Part shown: positions 58,678 through 64,000 of the stretch, piece after piece
Position numbering within the stretch: position 1 is the stretch's first letter
How the letters are laid out: every line of letters starts with the position of its first letter
Origin: Candidatus Omnitrophota bacterium
GTDB taxonomy: Bacteria; Omnitrophota; Gorgyraeia; Gygaellales; Profunditerraquicolaceae
NCBI GenBank assembly: GCA_028712255.1
Contig: JAQTQJ010000001.1
Coordinates: 140,366-204,365 of the forward strand
Reading direction: 5' to 3'
DNA: 64,000 nt
Program-made: the position numbers and the translations under genes
Notes under the pieces: generated by a model
Database searches by the model: none
The model's input: only the letters and a program-made list of their open reading frames with translations
Told to the model about the DNA's origin: nothing

Positions 58678-60393
58678 ATGGGAAGAAAGGGTATTTTAAA
58701 TTTAATAATTATTTTCTTGTTCGGTGTTTTAATGGTTGGACTCCTGAACCTGGATGTGCTGCAGGGGGCTAAATTCCGTATGTTAAGCGACAACAATTCA
58801 ATTCGCCTGATACCGCAACCTGGAGCAAGAGGAAATATTTTAGACCGAAATGGCCAGGTTATCGTAGATAATAAGATCTCTTATGATGTAATGATTTTAC
58901 CGCAGGAACTAGACCATGTTGATTATGTTTTAACCAGGTTAAGCCATATATTGAGCATAGAAGCCGCGCAGTTAAAGGCAGCATTTAAGAAGAATTTTAT
59001 TTCTTCCAGTGTTCCGGTTACCGTAACTAGTAATATCGATCTTAAAAAAGCAATATTACTCGGAGAGTACAGGGCAGAAGAGCCTAGTATTATTATAACA
59101 ACCAGGCCTTTGCGACATTATCCGTATGGCGCTTTAGCATCCCATGTTTTGGGTTATGTTAACCAGATTGATCGTTGGCGCCTGACTAAATTGGAAGATT
59201 ATGGATATAAGACTAAAGATATTGTGGGTTTTGGTGGGGTAGAGGAAAGGTATGATTATTATTTACGGCAGGAGGAAGGAGGCTTATCTGTTGAGGTAAA
59301 CCACCGAGGTAAAGTCACGCGTGTTTTAGGTTTCCAGTCTCCATCTAATGGTAAGGATATTGAGCTTACAATAGATCTTAAGATTCAGAAAATTGTAGAA
59401 GACTGTTTGGATGAAAAAAAGGGGAGTGTAATTTTAATGGATCCTTTGAACGGCCAGATTTTGGCAATGGCCAGCTATCCTAATTTTAATCCAGCTGTTT
59501 TTGTAAATAACCGTTCTAGTCTTATTGCCGGATTATTTAACAATCCCGATGCTCCGTTAATTAACCGGGCAATCAGTTCGAGTTATCCTCCTGCATCAAT
59601 ATTTAAAGTAGTTGTATCAAGTGCTGCTCTTGAATTAAAAAAAATAAATACTACTACTAGTTTTTTTTGCCAGGGTTCAACTATGGTTGGAACAAGAAAA
59701 TTTTCCTGTTGGGAAACGCATGGAGAGCAGAATGTATTCCAGGCTATCGCCCATTCTTGTGACGTATTTTTTTATAAATCCGGGCTACTTTGCGGAGCGC
59801 AAAATATTCATGATTATGCTTTGAAACTGGGGTTGGCTAAAATTACAGGGCTTGAGCTTCCATATGAGACAAGTGGTTTTATTCCCTCTCCCTTATGGAG
59901 AAAGATAAATAAATTTCAAAGCTGGTTTGATGGGGATACCGCAAACTTTGCAATTGGACAGGGTGATTGTTTGGTTACGCCTTTACAGGTGACCAATATG
60001 ATGGCGGCCTTTGCCAATGGCGGATTTCTAACAAGTCCTTATATTGTTAAAGCTATAGGAGGATTGGATTTTAGCGCAAAAAAGAAAAAATTAATGCTAG
60101 TAAATTTTAAAAAGAGTACTTTTAATATAGTAAACAATGGATTGGCCAGGGTGGTATCTGATGCAAAAGGTACCGGCAATGTTTTATCGACGTTGCCTGT
60201 AAGAGTTGCCGGCAAAACCGGCACTGCCCAGGTGCTTCGGAAGACTACTCATGCATGGTTTGCGGGTTATTTCCCGGTTGAAAAACCTAAATTTGTAATC
60301 TGTGTTTTTTTAGAAAACGGTGGCCCAGGGTATGCCGCTAGCGTTATTGCTAAACAAATCATTGAGGAGATGAACAATCAAGGGTTAATATGA
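58678..60393 (+). CDS. mrdA: Peptidoglycan D,D-transpeptidase MrdA (PBP2)
   Basis: Transmembrane anchor and PBP2 transpeptidase motifs SIFK, SCD and KTGTA. Confidence 0.9.
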   Translation: MGRKGILNLIIIFLFGVLMVGLLNLDVLQGAKFRMLSDNNSIRLIPQPGARGNILDRNGQVIVDNKISYDVMILPQELDHVDYVLTRLSHILSIEAAQLKAAFKKNFISSSVPVTVTSNIDLKKAILLGEYRAEEPSIIITTRPLRHYPYGALASHVLGYVNQIDRWRLTKLEDYGYKTKDIVGFGGVEERYDYYLRQEEGGLSVEVNHRGKVTRVLGFQSPSNGKDIELTIDLKIQKIVEDCLDEKKGSVILMDPLNGQILAMASYPNFNPAVFVNNRSSLIAGLFNNPDAPLINRAISSSYPPASIFKVVVSSAALELKKINTTTSFFCQGSTMVGTRKFSCWETHGEQNVFQAIAHSCDVFFYKSGLLCGAQNIHDYALKLGLAKITGLELPYETSGFIPSPLWRKINKFQSWFDGDTANFAIGQGDCLVTPLQVTNMMAAFANGGFLTSPYIVKAIGGLDFSAKKKKLMLVNFKKSTFNIVNNGLARVVSDAKGTGNVLSTLPVRVAGKTGTAQVLRKTTHAWFAGYFPVEKPKFVICVFLENGGPGYAASVIAKQIIEEMNNQGLI

Positions 60394-61490
60394 AGAATTC
60401 ATTCTTTAGAATTTTAACTTTTGCTCTAATTATTTCTTTGCTGGGAGTCTTGTCTATTTACAGCAGTACTTATCAGAAACAAGGGGTTTGGCAGGATATA
60501 TACATGCGTCAGTTGCTTTGGTTGGTAATTGGCCTAGTTTGTTTCTTTCTCGTTTGTGGATTCAATTACCGTAAACTATGGGATGCAAACTATCTAATCT
60601 ATGGGGGAGCTCTATTTTTTCTATTTTTAGTTTTTATCCTTGGTATCATAAGATTAGGGGCGCAGCGTTGGCTTAGGTTCGCCTGGTTTAATTTTCAACC
60701 ATCGGAGTTTGCAAAATTGGCAATTATAATATTTTTGGCCCGCTATTTTAGCCGTAAATCTGTTGATGATACTTCATTGATGAGCGGAAAGTTTGGTATT
60801 TTTCAGGGAATAATCCTACCGTTTATATTTGTAGCAGTCCCAATGTTATTGATTATTGAACAACCGGATTTAGGTAGTGGAATAATGCTAATGCTGGTTT
60901 TTGTTTGCTTGCTCTATCTTACCAATGTTCGGTTAAGATATATATTTATCTTTCTAATTTTATTAGTTTTGCCTCTGCCTTTTTTATGGAATTTCTTGCA
61001 TGATTATCAGAAGCAGAGGTTATTGGTGTTTCTTAACCCAAATATAGATCCACTGGGCGCCGGATATACGATAATTCAATCACGCATAGCCATTGGTTCC
61101 GGAGGCTTCTTTGGCCGGGGTTGGTTGAGTGGCACTCAAAGTCAACTATATTTTTTACCCGAATCGCATACGGATTTTATTTTTGCCACTTTTTCTGAAC
61201 AGTGGGGTTTCTTGGGAAGCCTGTTGCTTATATGCCTGTATTATTTAATTATACGTCAAGGTTTCGTTATCGCTCAGAGGACGCAAGATGCATTTGGAAG
61301 GCTGCTTGCTTATGGAATATCTCTTTTATTGGCATTACAGGTGTTTATTAATATCGCTATGAACATGGGGTTGGCTCCTGTAGTCGGTTTGCCCTTACCG
61401 TTAATGAGTTACGGTGGCTCAAGTATAGTGGTAACCTTTATTGCTTTAGGTGTTTTGGTAAATATCGATCGAACTAGGAATGTTTTTTAA
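60390..61490 (+). CDS. rodA: Peptidoglycan glycosyltransferase RodA (SEDS family)
   Basis: SEDS family motifs (QRWLRFAWFNFQPSEF, PVVGLPLPLMSYGGSS), paired with mrdA. Confidence 0.9.
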   Translation: MKNSFFRILTFALIISLLGVLSIYSSTYQKQGVWQDIYMRQLLWLVIGLVCFFLVCGFNYRKLWDANYLIYGGALFFLFLVFILGIIRLGAQRWLRFAWFNFQPSEFAKLAIIIFLARYFSRKSVDDTSLMSGKFGIFQGIILPFIFVAVPMLLIIEQPDLGSGIMLMLVFVCLLYLTNVRLRYIFIFLILLVLPLPFLWNFLHDYQKQRLLVFLNPNIDPLGAGYTIIQSRIAIGSGGFFGRGWLSGTQSQLYFLPESHTDFIFATFSEQWGFLGSLLLICLYYLIIRQGFVIAQRTQDAFGRLLAYGISLLLALQVFINIAMNMGLAPVVGLPLPLMSYGGSSIVVTFIALGVLVNIDRTRNVF

Positions 61491-61495
61491 ATAAA

Positions 61496-61524
61496 GGGGA
61501 CGGTTCTCTGCGAGAACCGTCCCC
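61496..61524 (+). terminator. Minimal member (E) of the conserved palindrome family, after rodA
   Basis: GGGGACGGTTCTC-tgc-GAGAACCGTCCCC. A 13-bp stem with a 3-nt loop, 5 nt after the rodA stop, followed by AGATTT. Confidence 0.6.
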
Positions 61525-61548
61525 AGATTTAAATCGAGAAATTCATTT

Positions 61549-63300
61549 ATGATTGAAGACTTATTAACTAATGTACACCGGCCCGGCCAATATATGGGCC
61601 GCGAATGGAATGTATCCAAAAAAGATTTTGATTCTTCTTTTATGAGTTTTGCTTTGGGTTTTCCGGATTTATACGAAGTGGGGATGAGTAATTTAGGCCT
61701 GCGCATTATCTATGGTGTTTTAAATAATATAGATGATGTAGTTTGCGAGAGGTTTTTTGCTCCTGAAGCTGATATGGAAGCTTCATTAAGGGCTAGAAGC
61801 CAGCGCCTTTTTTCTTTGGAATCAAACCAGGAATTGATTAATTTTGATATGTTTGGGTTTTCTCTTGGTTCAGAGTTAAATTATACTAATGTGTTGAATA
61901 TTTTAGAGCTTGCCGGGTTGCCGCTGCAATCTTCGTTACGCGATAATCGGTTTCCCTTAGTTATCGGAGGAGGCCCTACTACTCTTAATCCGGAACCCAT
62001 TGCTGATTTTTTTGATTTATTTATCATCGGTGAAGCAGAGGAAGCTATTCTAGAGCTTCTAACTTCATATCGGAATCTTAGGAAAGATTATAAAAGCGGC
62101 CGGCTCTCAAAAGAGAATCTTTTAATTGAGTTTTCTAAAATAGAGGGAGTCTATGCGCCTTCACTGTACTCGGTTGATTACAATGCAGCTGGCCAGCTGG
62201 TTGCTTTTTATCCGAAGTTGGCTAATGTGCCCGGAAAAATCAAGAAACGGGTAGTGGCCGACTTCGAATCATCTTATTATCCTTGTAATTGGATTGTACC
62301 AAATGTTGCGTTAATACATGACCGGATTACTTTAGAGATTATGCGTGGTTGTCCTAATCGCTGTCGTTTTTGCCAGGCCAGATCTCAATATTATCCCCTG
62401 AGAATAAAAAGTAAAGAAAAACTGGTTTCATTAGCTAATCTTGCTTATGCTTCTACTGGCTATGAGGAATTATCTTTAGCTGGTTTATCCGTAAGTGATT
62501 ACCCTGATTTAGAGAATCTTGTTTCTGATTTAACTAAAACCTTTAAAGAGCAGGGAGTTAATTTATCTCTGCCTTCACTAAAAGCAAAAGCTTTGTTAGG
62601 TAATGTGTCTACGTTGATCGCCAAGATTAAAAAAACCGGCCTTACTTTTGCTCCTGAAGCAGGGACTCAGCGATTGCGTCAGTCTTTGGCTAAAGATTTT
62701 TCCGAGGAAGAATTTTTTAAGGCTATTGAAGCCGCTTATAAGTGCGGATACCAGCATTTAAAATTATATTTTCTTATCGGTTTACCCACAGAGACACAAG
62801 CTGATTTACAGGGAATAATTGATTTTGCAAAGGAGGCATCGGAATTAAAAAGAAGAATAAATACCTCACCGGCCCAAATTAATATTAGTGTAAACCCGTT
62901 AATCCCTAAACCTCATACGCCTTTACAATGGTTAAAAATGGATTCAATTACCCAGATAAAAGAAAAACAAGATTATTTAAGGAGTCATTGTAAAAACAGG
63001 AGGCTTAAATTTAGTTTCCATAATTCACAAATGGGTTTTTTGGAAGGAGTCCTTTCTAGGGGGGATAGGAGGTTGAGTAAGGTTATTCTGGCAGCCTATA
63101 GAAAAGGGGCAAAATTTGATGCCTGGTCGAATTATTTTTTATTTTCTAAATGGCTGGAAGCATTCTCAGAAGAAGGGATTGACCCACAGGCATATCTTGA
63201 TGACAAATCAGTTACAGAGCTTCTACCCTGGGATTTTATTGATACGGGGATAAGCAAGGAAAGTTTGTTGCTAGAATTCAATAAATCTATTGCCATATGA
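61549..63300 (+). CDS. Radical SAM protein with an N-terminal B12-binding-like domain (uncharacterised TIGR03960-like family)
   Basis: CxxxCxxC motif (CPNRCRFCQ) in the central region and a conserved N-terminus (HRPGQYMGREWN); 583 aa. Confidence 0.75.
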   Translation: MIEDLLTNVHRPGQYMGREWNVSKKDFDSSFMSFALGFPDLYEVGMSNLGLRIIYGVLNNIDDVVCERFFAPEADMEASLRARSQRLFSLESNQELINFDMFGFSLGSELNYTNVLNILELAGLPLQSSLRDNRFPLVIGGGPTTLNPEPIADFFDLFIIGEAEEAILELLTSYRNLRKDYKSGRLSKENLLIEFSKIEGVYAPSLYSVDYNAAGQLVAFYPKLANVPGKIKKRVVADFESSYYPCNWIVPNVALIHDRITLEIMRGCPNRCRFCQARSQYYPLRIKSKEKLVSLANLAYASTGYEELSLAGLSVSDYPDLENLVSDLTKTFKEQGVNLSLPSLKAKALLGNVSTLIAKIKKTGLTFAPEAGTQRLRQSLAKDFSEEEFFKAIEAAYKCGYQHLKLYFLIGLPTETQADLQGIIDFAKEASELKRRINTSPAQINISVNPLIPKPHTPLQWLKMDSITQIKEKQDYLRSHCKNRRLKFSFHNSQMGFLEGVLSRGDRRLSKVILAAYRKGAKFDAWSNYFLFSKWLEAFSEEGIDPQAYLDDKSVTELLPWDFIDTGISKESLLLEFNKSIAI

Positions 63301-63370
63301 TGAGTTAAGAGATATAATTATTTGAGAAAAAGCCGAATTTCCGAGATTTTCGATAAATTGCGGAGAAAAT

Positions 63371-64000
63371 ATGAATAAAAAAATGGATCGTTTTTCATTA
63401 GGTTCGCGCACTATAAAGCAAAAGCTGATAGTCGCTTTTCAGCTTATGTCTATTTTACCGCTTTTAGTTTGCGCATATCTAGTTTCAAATTATATTTTAC
63501 CTAAATTTGGATTTAAGATTGATATCGTTGTTTCCCTTGTTATTAGTGCGTTTGTAGCGATAATCGGCCTCTTGGTAATTAAAGAAATTTTTGATCGTCT
63601 TTCAGCGGTAACCTCAGAAGCCAAGGTTATCGCTGCAGGGGATATAAGCCATAAATTGGACGTGCAGAGCGGTGATGAAGTCGGGGAGTTGAGTAATGTA
63701 TTAAATCAGCTTACCAACCGTATCCGTGGCAATATGGATGAACTTAAAGCTTATAGCGAGAAAACCAGTGAAATAAATTTGGAGATCCAGAAAAAAATAT
63801 TTATTCTATCAAATTTATTGCAGGTAAGTTCACTCATCTCTCAAGGAGAAAAGTTTGATGATATACTGAAAATTGCAGTTGAAAAATCCAGGCTTTTAGC
63901 CAATTCAGAAACTGCATTTTTACTCCTTAAAGAGGAAAATAATAAGGAATTTTTTTACGTAAAGGCCGTCGATGGTGCAGGGGTTGATTATTTGATGACG
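63371..64000 (+). CDS. HAMP-domain signalling protein, 3' partial (continues beyond the window)
   Basis: ATG at 63371 after a GGAG site. Transmembrane segment, a HAMP-like region (…DRLSAVTSEAKVIAAGDISHKLDVQSGDEVGELSNVLNQLTNRI…) and then the start of a GAF-like region. The frame is open to the window end. Confidence 0.55.
   Translation, partial: MNKKMDRFSLGSRTIKQKLIVAFQLMSILPLLVCAYLVSNYILPKFGFKIDIVVSLVISAFVAIIGLLVIKEIFDRLSAVTSEAKVIAAGDISHKLDVQSGDEVGELSNVLNQLTNRIRGNMDELKAYSEKTSEINLEIQKKIFILSNLLQVSSLISQGEKFDDILKIAVEKSRLLANSETAFLLLKEENNKEFFYVKAVDGAGVDYLMT

Overview
This is a 64 kb, AT-rich (roughly 38-40% GC) bacterial chromosomal segment. Coding is dense and almost entirely on the + strand, and the gene content is core housekeeping rather than accessory. 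I found no CRISPR arrays, transposases, phage genes or rRNA genes. From 5' to 3':

- a partial DUF362-family gene and a UvrD-family helicase fused to a Cas4/AddB-like Fe-S nuclease domain;
- plsC, two hypothetical proteins, arfB and a TPR protein;
- rpsO-pnp, ftsK, rodZ, rimO, pgsA-pgpA, with thpR and pncC convergent on the - strand;
- an FMN-riboswitch-led riboflavin operon, ribBA-ribH-nusB-PHP phosphoesterase-ribD-ribE;
- a tRNA-like element followed by tRNA-Pro(CGG);
- acyP, ligA, a lipoprotein, an MBL hydrolase, xerD, a CCA/poly(A)-family nucleotidyltransferase, and rbfA-nrnA-ribF;
- a complete dcw cluster, mraZ-rsmH-ftsL-ftsI-murE-murF-mraY-murD-ftsW-murG-murC-murB-ddl-ftsQ-ftsA, with no ftsZ;
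- yggS-proC-mtnP-ileS, a DksA/TraR-family gene, lspA-lgt-rluD, a coiled-coil hypothetical and aroA;
- the rod-shape cluster mreB-mreC-mreD-mrdA-rodA;
- a B12-binding radical SAM gene and a partial HAMP sensor gene.

The signals most worth a second look are non-coding or contextual. A five-member family of sequence-conserved palindromes (core GGGGACGGTTCT...AGAACCGTCCCC) sits exactly at gene and operon boundaries. A PHP-family phosphoesterase is embedded in the riboswitch-controlled rib operon and is a candidate for the missing riboflavin-pathway phosphatase step. The pncC gene carries an in-frame GC-rich nested palindrome. A tRNA-like element duplicates the 5' half of tRNA-Pro. A 13-bp long-range hairpin occludes the murE ribosome-binding site and start codon. 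All calls are from reading the sequence and the supplied ORF translations; no database searches were possible.
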